Shown piece after piece: positions 27,071 through 37,391 of a stretch of DNA of 64,000 nucleotides (position 1 is its first letter; each line of letters starts with the position of its first letter). The stretch is from Thermodesulfobacteriota bacterium (GTDB taxonomy: Bacteria > Desulfobacterota > UBA8473): the NCBI GenBank assembly GCA_034189035.1, contig JAXHVA010000005.1, forward strand, positions 24,628 to 88,627, read 5' to 3'. The notes beneath the pieces are model-generated. The model saw only the letters and a list, made by a program, of their open reading frames with translations. It was not told the DNA's origin and did no database searches. The translations under genes and the position numbers were made by a program.

Positions 27071-29104
27071 CTAATTCATAGGGTTTTTATCGATTTTTGG
27101 GTAAGAAAATAGAGAAAAATCATCCTTTATCAACCATTTTTCGTAAACAGATGGCTTTAACTCTTTGATAAACCTCGAAGGACGTAAAAGCCTTCTGGAT
27201 TGCTTGCTATAGTAATCCAATGTTGGATAACAGATGTAAAGGTCATCTCTGGCTCTAGTTGTTGCAACATAGAAGAGTCTTCTTTCCTCTTCCTCCCCTT
27301 CATGATCTTCCAGACTCCTTGAACTTGGAAATCTTCCATCTACACACCAGATAAGAAAAACAACCTTCCATTCTAGCCCCTTTGCCTGATGGATGGAGCT
27401 TAAAATTATTCTTTCCCGGTTATCCTTATTTATAGTAATCTGCTCGGTTGATAAGTCAGTTAATAAGGCCATTTCACTAAGAAAGGCCCCTGTTGAATTG
27501 TATCGGGAAGAAAAGTGGCTTAATTGAGTAATATCCTCTATTCTCGATTCAAAGTTTGGGTAATTATCCTGAAGGTAGTCTATATAAACGGCCTCCATGA
27601 TAATACGAATCATCTCATCAGGATGGTACTTTATAGGTGGGTCTTTAATCTCACTTAAGATTTCTCTGAATTTATTCAGGCTAGATGATGCTCTATTTGA
27701 GATCAAATGAAGTAGGTCTTTTGAATCAATAGCTTTTAATGGCTCATTGCGGATGGAGAGGAACTTCCATATCTTTCCTGCGGTAACATTACCAATCCCC
27801 GAAAAGAGTTTTAGCAACCTTTTCCAGGAAAGTTCATCAAATGGATTTACGATAATCCGTAAAAACCCAATGATGTCCTTTATATGAGCCTGTTCAAAGA
27901 ACCTTAATCCGGATCTTATCTCAAAGGGAATTCCTCTTCTCGTCAGTTCCATCTGTAGTTCCATAGAGTGATAGTGGGCTCTATATAAAACCGATATGTC
28001 GTTTAAAAAGATATCCTCCTCATCTTTTAATTCAATAATTCGTTGGGCGACGAAATTAGCCTGTTCTATAACATCACCAAGAGAAACAAGAGCAGGTCTT
28101 GTCCCACTTTTTCGTATAGCCTTTAGTTTCTTTCGAAATTGCTTTTGGTTGTAGTCTATACTACAGTTTGCTAAATAGAGTATTTCAGGTGTACTCCGAT
28201 AGTTTGTCTCCAGTTTGAATACCTTAGTATCTGGATATCGCTTTGGAAATTCGATTATATTTTCAAAGTTTGCACCTCTAAAGGAGTATATACTTTGAGA
28301 ATCATCTCCTACAACCATAACATTTCGGTATAAAGATGCGAGTATGTCGATAATATCCGACTGAATTTTATTGGTGTCTTGATATTCATCAACCAGGATA
28401 TAGTGAAATCTTTTACAATAGGCTTTTCTTATCTCTGGATGCTGCTCTAATAAATACTTCCAATAGAAAAGCAGATCGTCAAAGTCCATCAGGTTCAGTC
28501 TTTTCTTGTGAAAACTGTACTGTTTTGCGATCATTATTAAATCAAATATATAATTTTTTAAATGAGGGTATCTATTGAGTATAATCTCTTCTAATGTTTT
28601 ATTTGCATTCACTGACAGGCTGATAATATCCATTAAGAGATCACCCGCCGGTAACCTACTCTCTTTCTTGTTCAGGCCCTTCTCTGCTATACAAGTGTTT
28701 AGTAATTCTTTAGCGTCCTCTCGATCGAGTATAGTATAGTTATTTTCGTATCCTATGACCTTTGCATGAGCACGCAATACTAGATTACCTATATGATGGA
28801 AAGTCCCCCCCCATAACCTGTTTATATTCATATTGATCAGAGATCCGACCCTTCGAAGCATCTCTTTCGCTGCCTTATTTGTGAATGTGACCAATAAAAC
28901 CCTGGAGGGTTCTATTCCATCTTCTAGAAGGCGAGCGACTCTATACGTAACAGTCCTAGTCTTACCGCTTCCGGCACCTGCAATGACAAGGAAGGGCCCT
29001 TCTTTTGCAAATACAACCTCCAATTGCTCCGTGTTCAAATCATTCTCATAGTCTATAGATGACCTATAGTGAGCAAGATTGGATTTTAATCTATATTCTC
29101 TCAT
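27071..29104 (-). CDS. UvrD/PcrA/Rep-family ATP-dependent DNA helicase
   Basis: 677-aa ORF. LNTEQLEVV...VIAGAGSGKTRT (motif I), ILVDEYQDTN (motif II) and VATTRARDDL (motif VI). Confidence 0.9.
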   Translation of the reverse strand: MREYRLKSNLAHYRSSIDYENDLNTEQLEVVFAKEGPFLVIAGAGSGKTRTVTYRVARLLEDGIEPSRVLLVTFTNKAAKEMLRRVGSLINMNINRLWGGTFHHIGNLVLRAHAKVIGYENNYTILDREDAKELLNTCIAEKGLNKKESRLPAGDLLMDIISLSVNANKTLEEIILNRYPHLKNYIFDLIMIAKQYSFHKKRLNLMDFDDLLFYWKYLLEQHPEIRKAYCKRFHYILVDEYQDTNKIQSDIIDILASLYRNVMVVGDDSQSIYSFRGANFENIIEFPKRYPDTKVFKLETNYRSTPEILYLANCSIDYNQKQFRKKLKAIRKSGTRPALVSLGDVIEQANFVAQRIIELKDEEDIFLNDISVLYRAHYHSMELQMELTRRGIPFEIRSGLRFFEQAHIKDIIGFLRIIVNPFDELSWKRLLKLFSGIGNVTAGKIWKFLSIRNEPLKAIDSKDLLHLISNRASSSLNKFREILSEIKDPPIKYHPDEMIRIIMEAVYIDYLQDNYPNFESRIEDITQLSHFSSRYNSTGAFLSEMALLTDLSTEQITINKDNRERIILSSIHQAKGLEWKVVFLIWCVDGRFPSSRSLEDHEGEEEERRLFYVATTRARDDLYICYPTLDYYSKQSRRLLRPSRFIKELKPSVYEKWLIKDDFSLFSYPKIDKNPMN

Positions 29105-29130
29105 GTTTTCGTAAAAACTTCTATAAATAT

Positions 29131-31758
29131 TTATTTGTCTCTATCGGCCATTTCTTTTAATTCATTGAGTTTATTCAATGCCTCTAAAGGCGTTATACTA
29201 GAGATGTCCAACCTTTTCAATTCTTCGTAAAGATAACCTGTGTTCGTATTGAAGAGGCTTAGTTGATAATTTTCTGCCTTCTGGCTTTTATATCTCGATA
29301 GGGCTAATTTAGGCATTCCTAACTCGTTTAATTCTCCCCTTTCAAGGTTTAAAAGAATTTCCTTGGCACGATTGATAATATCTGTTGGCAACCCAGCCAA
29401 CCTTGCAACTTGGATACCATAACTCCGATTTGTCCCACCTTGTATCAGCTTTCTCAAAAAAATGATTCGATCATTCCATTCTTTTACAGCTATATTATAG
29501 TTTTTTACCCTATCCTTTGTCAAAGCCAACTCTGTGAGTTCATGATAATGGGTAGCAAAAAGGGTCTTTGCCTGGAGTTCCTCTTTGTCATGGATATATT
29601 CAGCTACTGCCCATGCGATACTTACACCATCAAAAGTACTTGTACCCCTCCCAATCTCATCCATGATGATGAGACTTTTGTTTGATGCGTTTCTCAGTAT
29701 ATTTGCCGTTTCGTTCATCTCAACCATGAAAGTGCTTTCCCCCTTAGCTAAGTTGTCTGATGCGCCAACACGGGTAAATATCCTGTCAACCAGACCAATA
29801 GTAGCCTCTTTTGCAGGGACAAAGCTTCCTATTTGGGCCATGAGAACAATAAGGGCAACCTGTCTCATTATAGTAGATTTCCCGGACATATTGGGACCGG
29901 TAATGATTATTAACTGATTCTCATGTGTGTCAAGTGTTATGTCATTAGGGACAAATCTCTCCCCCAGATTCATCTGTTCAATTACCGGATGCCTTCCGTC
30001 TATGATAACAATCCTGTCTTCTTCATTTATCGAGGGTTTGACGTAATTGAATCTATCAGCAACCTCAGCAAGACAAAGCAATGTGTCAAGCTCGGCCAGT
30101 AAAGAAGATGTGAGTTGTATTCGTTGGGTTTGCTTTTCGATTTGTTCTCGAACTTGATTGAACAACTGAAATTCCAATTCAATTTGTTTCTCTTTGGCTT
30201 CTAATACTGTGGATTCATACTCTTTTAATTCATGAGTAAAATACCTCTCCGCATTGACTAATGTCTGTTTTCTCATATAGTCTTTGGGCACTTTGTTTAA
30301 ATTTGCTTTCGTAACCTCAATATAATACCCAAAAACCTTGTTAAAGCCGACCTTTAGGGAATTGATTCGAGTCTTTTTTCTCTCTTTGGCCTCAAGGGTT
30401 GCAATCCAACTCCTTCCTCCCTTTCCGATCTCTCTCAACTGATCGAGAGTCTCATCGTAACCCTCTTTGATCAAGCCCCCCTCACGAATAGTATACGGGG
30501 GATCTTCAGCTATAGAGCTCTCTATTATTTTGTATATGTCAGTTAGATCATCGAGCCTCAAAAATATCTTTTCACAGAGTTTTGAAGACAATCCTTTAAG
30601 GATCCCTTTAATTTCTGGGAGTATCTTCACAGATAACTTTAATTGGATCAAATCCTTGGCATTAATCGTTGCCAGAGATATTCTACTATTAATCCTCTCT
30701 AAATCTCGTATCTCTTTTAATACTCCTCTAAGGTCTTTCCGAACTATTTTCTCATCTTTAAGCTCTTCAACAGAATCAATCCTTTCCCTTATTTTATAGA
30801 TACTTAGAATTGGATAATTCAACCAGTTTCTTATTTTTCTACTTCCCATGGCTGTAGATGTATCATCGAGGATTTGTATCAGAGAGCCTTTTTTAGAATT
30901 CTCTTTCATGGTAGAAAAGATTTCCAGGTTTCTCTTGGTAGGCTCATCTAGAACCATATAGTCATGAACCTGATAGAGTATGAGATGATTGATATGATTG
31001 AGTTCTGCCTTTTGAGTGACCTTGATGTAATGGACTATACCACCTGAAGCCTTAATGGCTTCTTTCATGTCATCAGGGTTGAGGCCTTCGAGAAGCTCTA
31101 TTTTGATCTGTTTGGATATTGACTTGAGGTTTTTTTCGTATTCAAATATTCCATTATCAATGTATGTTAAAATGTATCTATCGTTTGACTGAAGAAGTTC
31201 AAGAAAAGTCTCATTAGTGCTAAGAGATTTCGGAGCAAGTATTTCTTTTGGGGCTATCCGCGCTGTTTCTTCAATCAGAACATCATCTTCTACAATCTCT
31301 GTAGCCTTAAACTCTCCTGTAGAGAGATCCACAAAGGCAATACCCCATTTCTCTTTATTAGATGAAATACTCATCAAAAAATTGTTTTCTGAATCTTCAA
31401 TAGCATCTGTATCTACTACCAGCCCGGGGGTAATAACTCTGACCACTTCCCTTTTAACAATCCCAATCGCTTTATTTGGGTCCTCTATCTGTTCGCATAT
31501 TGCAACTTTATAGCCTTGATCGATCAGCTTTGAGATATAGGCTGAGGCAGAATGATAGGGAAAACCACAAAGAGGGACGGAATTCTCCTTGTTTTTATCT
31601 CGAGACGTGAGTGTAATACCCAGGATATTCGATGCGATCTTTGCATCTTCAAAGAACATTTCATAGAAGTCGCCCATTCGGAAAAAAAGTATAGCGTCTT
31701 TATACGCTTTCTTTATCTCCAAATACTGTCGTATCATAGGTGTAATCTTTGAAATCAT
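29131..31758 (-). CDS. mutS: DNA mismatch repair protein MutS
   Basis: TPMIRQYLEIKKAY N-terminus, Walker A TGPNMSGKST, DEIGRGTST. The ORF-track TTG extension (to 31818) was trimmed to ATG 31758. Confidence 0.95.
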   Translation of the reverse strand: MISKITPMIRQYLEIKKAYKDAILFFRMGDFYEMFFEDAKIASNILGITLTSRDKNKENSVPLCGFPYHSASAYISKLIDQGYKVAICEQIEDPNKAIGIVKREVVRVITPGLVVDTDAIEDSENNFLMSISSNKEKWGIAFVDLSTGEFKATEIVEDDVLIEETARIAPKEILAPKSLSTNETFLELLQSNDRYILTYIDNGIFEYEKNLKSISKQIKIELLEGLNPDDMKEAIKASGGIVHYIKVTQKAELNHINHLILYQVHDYMVLDEPTKRNLEIFSTMKENSKKGSLIQILDDTSTAMGSRKIRNWLNYPILSIYKIRERIDSVEELKDEKIVRKDLRGVLKEIRDLERINSRISLATINAKDLIQLKLSVKILPEIKGILKGLSSKLCEKIFLRLDDLTDIYKIIESSIAEDPPYTIREGGLIKEGYDETLDQLREIGKGGRSWIATLEAKERKKTRINSLKVGFNKVFGYYIEVTKANLNKVPKDYMRKQTLVNAERYFTHELKEYESTVLEAKEKQIELEFQLFNQVREQIEKQTQRIQLTSSLLAELDTLLCLAEVADRFNYVKPSINEEDRIVIIDGRHPVIEQMNLGERFVPNDITLDTHENQLIIITGPNMSGKSTIMRQVALIVLMAQIGSFVPAKEATIGLVDRIFTRVGASDNLAKGESTFMVEMNETANILRNASNKSLIIMDEIGRGTSTFDGVSIAWAVAEYIHDKEELQAKTLFATHYHELTELALTKDRVKNYNIAVKEWNDRIIFLRKLIQGGTNRSYGIQVARLAGLPTDIINRAKEILLNLERGELNELGMPKLALSRYKSQKAENYQLSLFNTNTGYLYEELKRLDISSITPLEALNKLNELKEMADRDK

Positions 31759-31830
31759 AATCCGATATAATGATAAAATTTTGAAATTGACAATAGCGAG
31801 CCAGATATCTGTCAACAAATCATTTTGGAC

Positions 31831-31856
31831 AAGAAGAATTACCCTCTATTCTTCTT
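31831..31856 (-). terminator. hairpin (9-bp stem AAGAAGAAT/ATTCTTCTT, 8-nt loop) just downstream of the lapA-like stop
   Basis: Inverted repeat read directly in the sequence. On the minus-strand RNA it is followed by GUCCAAAAUGAUUUGUU, only weakly U-rich, so it may be a partial terminator or processing site upstream of mutS. Confidence 0.25.
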
Positions 31857-31858
31857 TC

Positions 31859-32167
31859 TTATCCGTTCTGTCTTTTGAAATCTGTTATGGGAGTATTCCT
31901 TAATGAACTCAATTCGTCTTCCAATTCCAATATAATCTTTTGTTGCCTTTTTATCTCGTGTTTCAGCTTAAAACCGCTATAAACACCACCTATACCAGCG
32001 ATTAGAACACCAATAAGGATTGAAAAAAAGATCAATAAAAAAAGAGGAACTGTCCATGTCTGTTCTATAAAATAGTATTCTACTGACACGGATTCCTGAT
32101 TTTTATAAGCAAATGTTAACCCTATTATAAAAAGGGCAGTTATAAATATCGTCTTGAGCAATTTCAT
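31859..32167 (-). CDS. LapA-domain (DUF1049) inner-membrane protein
   Basis: 102-aa ORF. Two TM helices followed by a charged coiled tail (KLKHEIKRQQKIILELEDEL), the LapA/YciS-like layout. Confidence 0.6.
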   Translation of the reverse strand: MKLLKTIFITALFIIGLTFAYKNQESVSVEYYFIEQTWTVPLFLLIFFSILIGVLIAGIGGVYSGFKLKHEIKRQQKIILELEDELSSLRNTPITDFKRQNG

Positions 32168-32178
32168 GGGATTCCTCC

Positions 32179-32667
32179 TTAAATCTCTAAATTTCTAAAG
32201 AGCACTGACAACTTTTCATATGTCTCGTTCAAGTGCTCAGAGATCATCCTCGTCTCGCACAGTAGTGGCATAAAATTAACATCCCCAGTCCACCTTGGCA
32301 CTAGATGAAAATGTAGATGTTCCTCTATTCCTGCTCCTGCAGCCTTACCCTGATTTAATCCAATGTTAAAACCTTCTGGTTTAAAAGCCTCTTTGAGTAA
32401 AATAATAGAGCTCTGTAATAGAATTGAGAGATTACTGACTTCAGAAATATCCAGATCATCTAAAGCGTTTATATGTCTGTTGGGTGCTATCAAAAGGTGA
32501 GAAAAGGCATATGGGTATTTATTCATCATTACCATAGAGAGTTTTCCACGGTATAATACCAGATTTTCTTTACTGTCCTTTATGCCCGGGTTTAAACAGA
32601 ATATACATGGATCTGATTTATCCCCTAGGATATATTCCATTCTCCACGGGGCCCAAAGACAATTCAT
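32179..32667 (-). CDS. HIT-family nucleotide hydrolase/phosphorylase
   Basis: LWAPWRMEYI N-terminus and histidine triad EEHLHFHLVPR. The start was trimmed to ATG 32667 (MNCLWAPW). Confidence 0.8.
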   Translation of the reverse strand: MNCLWAPWRMEYILGDKSDPCIFCLNPGIKDSKENLVLYRGKLSMVMMNKYPYAFSHLLIAPNRHINALDDLDISEVSNLSILLQSSIILLKEAFKPEGFNIGLNQGKAAGAGIEEHLHFHLVPRWTGDVNFMPLLCETRMISEHLNETYEKLSVLFRNLEI

Positions 32668-32668
32668 A

Positions 32669-33166
32669 TTACCTCCCAATGATTGATTGCCGCACCTTAA
32701 TAATTCTTCCTTTTATTTTGTCGTTCAAATCCAGTATGCCAACCGATACTCCCAGATCAAACCATCTGTTCTTTAGCGACCCCGGATTAAAGAAGAGGAT
32801 CTCATCTATAAAACGATTTGTAGGACAGTGAGTATGCCCAAACACGATGCAATCTACCTCTTCGAATTCCTTTCTAACCTTTCTTTCCATACCTATCGGC
32901 TGTCCCCATCCATGGATCAATCCAATTTCAAATCGACCAGCTCGTATCACTCTTTTTGGAGGCAATTTTTTTTTTATTTCAGGCGAATCCATATTCCCAT
33001 GCACAGCCTGTAAATCCATTCCATTGAAAGCCTTAAGGACTTCTATTCGAACGATATCACCGGCATGGAGTATCATATTCGCATCTTTGAAATATGTCTT
33101 GATTATCCTTCCTAACTCTTCTGAAGGCGTTGTTAAATGAGTATCTGAAATAACACCGATCTTCAT
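32669..33166 (-). CDS. YfcE/MJ0936-type metallophosphoesterase
   Basis: 165-aa ORF. The pattern MKIGVISDTHL, HAGD, GNMD, GHTH is the calcineurin-like phosphoesterase motif set. Confidence 0.8.
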   Translation of the reverse strand: MKIGVISDTHLTTPSEELGRIIKTYFKDANMILHAGDIVRIEVLKAFNGMDLQAVHGNMDSPEIKKKLPPKRVIRAGRFEIGLIHGWGQPIGMERKVRKEFEEVDCIVFGHTHCPTNRFIDEILFFNPGSLKNRWFDLGVSVGILDLNDKIKGRIIKVRQSIIGR

Positions 33167-33194
33167 TTGTATCTCTCATTAAAATCTTGACTGC

Positions 33195-33917
33195 TCATAG
33201 ATGAAACAGCTTCACATCTCCCCAAACCGCCATCTTTTTTCCTACTATAATTACAAGGCCCTTTATCCCTTCGGTTCTACGGGCGAGTTCCAACCCTTTG
33301 TCAAAGTCACCTGCATCATGAATAATATTCCCGATCGATGTAGCGGCAGCATCTGCCAAAGGGGCAGATCTCGATATCACGGTAACAGCATCCGCTCTTC
33401 CAAAACTCAAAGAATGCCCTACTGTGCCCGATGAAGTAGATACACCCAACGGCGTATCCGCAGGATCGATCTTTATGCCCACTTTGTCGCTTAAAGGAGA
33501 TACCCCGGCATGTATCCCGATCCTTGCCTCTTTGGAAACCTTGAGGAATATGTCTCCCCCGTTCTCGATGATCACTTCTTTTGAGTGTTTCAGCAAATCT
33601 CTACCGACAGACTCTGAGAGGCCGCCTGCCACTGCTGCCATTGGCCCAACTCCGGTTAAGCGGGAAACTTCTATCATGGTCTTTACTATTTTTGGGGCAA
33701 ATGGATCCATCTGTATTGGCACCAGAATACCTTGGAATTCCGGAGTTTTCCTAATATATTCCTCGATTTGATATCTATACCTCAATACGATCTCTCTTGT
33801 TTCCTCCCGTAAGTCCTTGTATGCCCGAATATATAAATCTGTTTCCTTAACAGAGACTTGGAAAGAGGTAAAGTTATTTTTGTCTACTAAATTTCTATAT
33901 CTTCTTTCCTGATACAT
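33195..33917 (-). CDS. UPF0280 / ApbE-like family protein
   Basis: 240-aa ORF. Its length and motifs (GVGPMAAVAGGLSE, GTVGHSLSFGRADAV) resemble the UPF0280 family. The function is not established. Confidence 0.55.
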   Translation of the reverse strand: MYQERRYRNLVDKNNFTSFQVSVKETDLYIRAYKDLREETREIVLRYRYQIEEYIRKTPEFQGILVPIQMDPFAPKIVKTMIEVSRLTGVGPMAAVAGGLSESVGRDLLKHSKEVIIENGGDIFLKVSKEARIGIHAGVSPLSDKVGIKIDPADTPLGVSTSSGTVGHSLSFGRADAVTVISRSAPLADAAATSIGNIIHDAGDFDKGLELARRTEGIKGLVIIVGKKMAVWGDVKLFHL

Positions 33918-33920
33918 ACA

Positions 33921-36900
33921 TTAGCTTTGAAAAGTCGTAACAGAATAGCCAAACAAGTTTTCTACCTCATCTCGAAGTAAATCCGATGCATTCAATTGAA
34001 AATCATCTCCCAATGCGATAATCGTCTCACTCTCATTTGGAATAACCAAGTGGAGAAAAGCCTTACAATTTCCCGGGTGATTCAACAAGATGTCCTTTAG
34101 TTTTTCTATATATTCTTTGGTTAATGAAGGGATATTTAAACGAAAGTGAATATCAACGATCAACCTTTCCTTTGCTCTTGATAGGGGAATTAACTCTTTC
34201 GCCATTATCTTCGCGTTCTCTTCTTCTTTATTGAGAGACCCTATAACCAAAACCGGTTCATCACCCTCTAAGACTGAGGAGACATCTTTATAGGTATCAG
34301 GAAATACGATCATTTCAACAAAACCCTTCAGGTCTTCTAGGATAACGCGCGCCATACGATCTCCTTTGCGGGTAATAATAGGCTTAATTGAGTTGATTAC
34401 GCCTCCAAGCTTTACTTCAGTCCCATGGTCCAATTTCTGAACATCCATTGTATTCGTGTTAGAGTATCTATTGAGTTCCTCTTCATATCGGTTTAGTGGA
34501 TGACCTGAAATATAAAAACCGAGAGACTCCTTTTCATAGGTTAAAAGTTGCTTTTCAGGCCACTCTTCAATATCCGGAAACCTCGAATCCACATCAACCT
34601 GACAGGTTTCCTTGAACATATCAAACATATTTATTTGACCATTTACCCTATCTCTCTGGATTGCCCCTGCAGCATCTATGGCATCATCAAGTGCTGTTAC
34701 TAATTTTGAGCGATACACACCCATGTAATCGAATGCTCCGCACTTGATGAGGCTCTCTGTGACTCTCCTATTCACCTTCCTGAGATCTACTCGCTCACAG
34801 AAATCAAAGATTGAACCAAACTTCCCATCTTTCTTTCTGGCTGAGATAATTGATTCTATGGCTTGATCTCCTACATTTTTAACTCCTCCCAGTCCAAACC
34901 GAATCTTATCGTCAATAACTGTAAAATCCCTTAAACTCTCATTGATGTCCGGCGGGAGGATCGAGATATCTTTATCTCTACACTCGCTTATATATCTTAT
35001 AAGTTTTTCGCTATTGTCTTTTTCACTGGTCAAAAGGCCCGCTGCAAATTCAAGAGGATAATGAGCTTTGAGATATGCGGTCTGGTATGCTATGATAGCG
35101 TAAGCTGCGCTGTGGGATCTATTAAAGCCGTATTTGGCAAACATGGCCATTAAATCGAAGATCTTCTCAGCCTTTTCTTTATTTATCATGTTTTTTTTCG
35201 CACCAGTCAGAAACTTTTCTCTTTGTTCGGCCATTTCATGCTGTTTCTTCTTCCCCATAGCCCTGCGAAGTAAATCAGCATCTGCTAAGCTAAAATCGGC
35301 AAGGGTACTTGCTATCATCATAACCTGTTCCTGATAAACGATCACTCCATATGTATCTTTTAATATCTCTTCTAGTTGAGGAACCTCATATTTTACAGGT
35401 ATGATTCGCTGTCTTCTCTTTATAAAGTCATCTACCATTCCGCTTCCTAGAGGGCCTGGGCGATAAAGGGCGATCAGGCTAATGACATCTTCAATATTCT
35501 CTGGTTTGAGTTTCACTAAAAGTTCTTTCATGCCGGAACCTTCCAGTTGGAAGACCCCTGAAGTATCTCCAGCTCCCAGCAGTCTATAGGTCAATTCATC
35601 ATTCAGATGCAACTGACTTAGATCGATCTTCTTCTCTTGTCCCTTGTTGATAAGACTCAATATGTCTTCAATCAAGGTCAGTGTCTTTAGCCCTAGAAAA
35701 TCGAACTTGATCAACCCTGTCTTCTCGACCTCTTTCATGGCAAATTGTGTGACAACCTCATCATTCTTCCCTTTATACAAAGGGAGATGTTCTTGAAGAG
35801 GCCGGTTAGATATGACAACCCCCGCTGCATGGGTTGCTGCATGTCTCGGAAGTCCCTCCAGGGATTTGGCCAGGGAGATTAAGCTCCGTAAGTTCTCATC
35901 CTTTTGTTCAACCTCTTTGAGTCTGGGTTCCTGTTCCAGTGCATCTTTCAGCAAGATATTTGGAATATCAGGGATGAGTTTGGCTATCCTGTCAACATCT
36001 TTATAGGGGATGTCGAGGACTCTCCCTACATCCCTTATTACACCTCTTGCCTGCATCTTTCCGAATGTAATGATCTGGGCAACATTTTCCTTGCCGTATT
36101 TTTTGGTGACATATTCTATTATTTCATCCCTGCCGTCCATACAGAAATCTATGTCGATATCAGGCATACTTATCCGACCTGGATTGAGAAACCTTTCAAA
36201 GAGCAAATCATATAAAATCGGATCTATATCTGTAATCCTTAAAGAATAAGCTACCAGACTTCCTGCAGCAGACCCACGACCCGGTCCAACAGGAATATTC
36301 CTGTTTTTAGCATAATTTACAAAGTCATAGACGATCAAGAAGTAGCCAGAAAATCCCATGGACTTTATAATCTCTAACTCTTTTTTGAGCCTTTTCATGT
36401 ATATCTCTGATTTTGAAGATATATCCCCTTCCCTGCTTTTGATCAACTTCAACCTTTCCTCTAATCCAGCTTTTGCCAGTCCTTCAAGGTAGCTGTCCAG
36501 GGTTTCTCCTCGCGGAACATCAAAATCGGGCATATGAAACTCGCCGAATTTCAGATTTACATTACAGCGTTCAGCAATCTCAATAGTATTCTTCAATGCA
36601 TTGGGGTATAATGAAAAGGCATCTTTCATCTCCTTCGGAGATTTAAAATAAAACTCATCTGTAGCAAACCTCATTCGATTGAGATCCCCAAGGGTCTTCC
36701 CTGTCTGTATGCATAAGAGTACCTCATGGGCCTTTGAATCTTCTCGTTTTAAATAATGGCAGTCATTGGTAGCCACTAAGGGCAAATCAAGGAGCTTGCC
36801 TATCTCAACGATTTCTTGATTGACGGTGTTTTGAACTTCAATCTTGTTGTCTTGGATTTCCAGATAGAAGCTTGTGTCATCAAACACCTCTTTGTACTCG

Positions 36901-37388
36901 CTGGCTACTTTCTTAGCATCTTCCTTCCTGCCAGCCTGTAAAAGATGGGGGATTTCACCGTGAAGACAACCACTCAAAGCAATCAGTCCCTCATTATGCT
37001 TCCTTAGTAATTCTTTATCTACCCTAGGACGGTAGTAAAACCCTTCAAGATAGGCAGCACTTGCCAGTTTCAATAAGTTTTTATACCCTCTATTATTCTT
37101 TGCCAATAGGGTCAGATGATAGGATGCATCAGAGATGCCCTGCGACTTCTTATCAAATCTGCTGCCTGGTGCTACATAGACCTCACAGCCGATGATTGGC
37201 TTGATATCATTTTCATTGGCCTTATTATAAAACTCTATGGTCCCGAACATATTACCGTGGTCGGTCATGGCAATGGCCGGCATCTTGTACTGTCTGGCCA
37301 AGGCAAAGAGATCATTCATGCGAATTGCCCCATCGAGAAGGCTGTATTTCGTATGGAGGTGAAGATGGACAAAGTCCGAATATTGCAT
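33921..37388 (-). CDS. dnaE: DNA polymerase III subunit alpha
   Basis: 1155-aa ORF. PHP N-terminus FVHLHLHTKYSLLDG and polymerase core motifs (GPGRGSAAGSLVAY, PDIDIDF). Confidence 0.97.
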   Translation of the reverse strand: MQYSDFVHLHLHTKYSLLDGAIRMNDLFALARQYKMPAIAMTDHGNMFGTIEFYNKANENDIKPIIGCEVYVAPGSRFDKKSQGISDASYHLTLLAKNNRGYKNLLKLASAAYLEGFYYRPRVDKELLRKHNEGLIALSGCLHGEIPHLLQAGRKEDAKKVASEYKEVFDDTSFYLEIQDNKIEVQNTVNQEIVEIGKLLDLPLVATNDCHYLKREDSKAHEVLLCIQTGKTLGDLNRMRFATDEFYFKSPKEMKDAFSLYPNALKNTIEIAERCNVNLKFGEFHMPDFDVPRGETLDSYLEGLAKAGLEERLKLIKSREGDISSKSEIYMKRLKKELEIIKSMGFSGYFLIVYDFVNYAKNRNIPVGPGRGSAAGSLVAYSLRITDIDPILYDLLFERFLNPGRISMPDIDIDFCMDGRDEIIEYVTKKYGKENVAQIITFGKMQARGVIRDVGRVLDIPYKDVDRIAKLIPDIPNILLKDALEQEPRLKEVEQKDENLRSLISLAKSLEGLPRHAATHAAGVVISNRPLQEHLPLYKGKNDEVVTQFAMKEVEKTGLIKFDFLGLKTLTLIEDILSLINKGQEKKIDLSQLHLNDELTYRLLGAGDTSGVFQLEGSGMKELLVKLKPENIEDVISLIALYRPGPLGSGMVDDFIKRRQRIIPVKYEVPQLEEILKDTYGVIVYQEQVMMIASTLADFSLADADLLRRAMGKKKQHEMAEQREKFLTGAKKNMINKEKAEKIFDLMAMFAKYGFNRSHSAAYAIIAYQTAYLKAHYPLEFAAGLLTSEKDNSEKLIRYISECRDKDISILPPDINESLRDFTVIDDKIRFGLGGVKNVGDQAIESIISARKKDGKFGSIFDFCERVDLRKVNRRVTESLIKCGAFDYMGVYRSKLVTALDDAIDAAGAIQRDRVNGQINMFDMFKETCQVDVDSRFPDIEEWPEKQLLTYEKESLGFYISGHPLNRYEEELNRYSNTNTMDVQKLDHGTEVKLGGVINSIKPIITRKGDRMARVILEDLKGFVEMIVFPDTYKDVSSVLEGDEPVLVIGSLNKEEENAKIMAKELIPLSRAKERLIVDIHFRLNIPSLTKEYIEKLKDILLNHPGNCKAFLHLVIPNESETIIALGDDFQLNASDLLRDEVENLFGYSVTTFQS

Positions 37389-37391
37389 TAT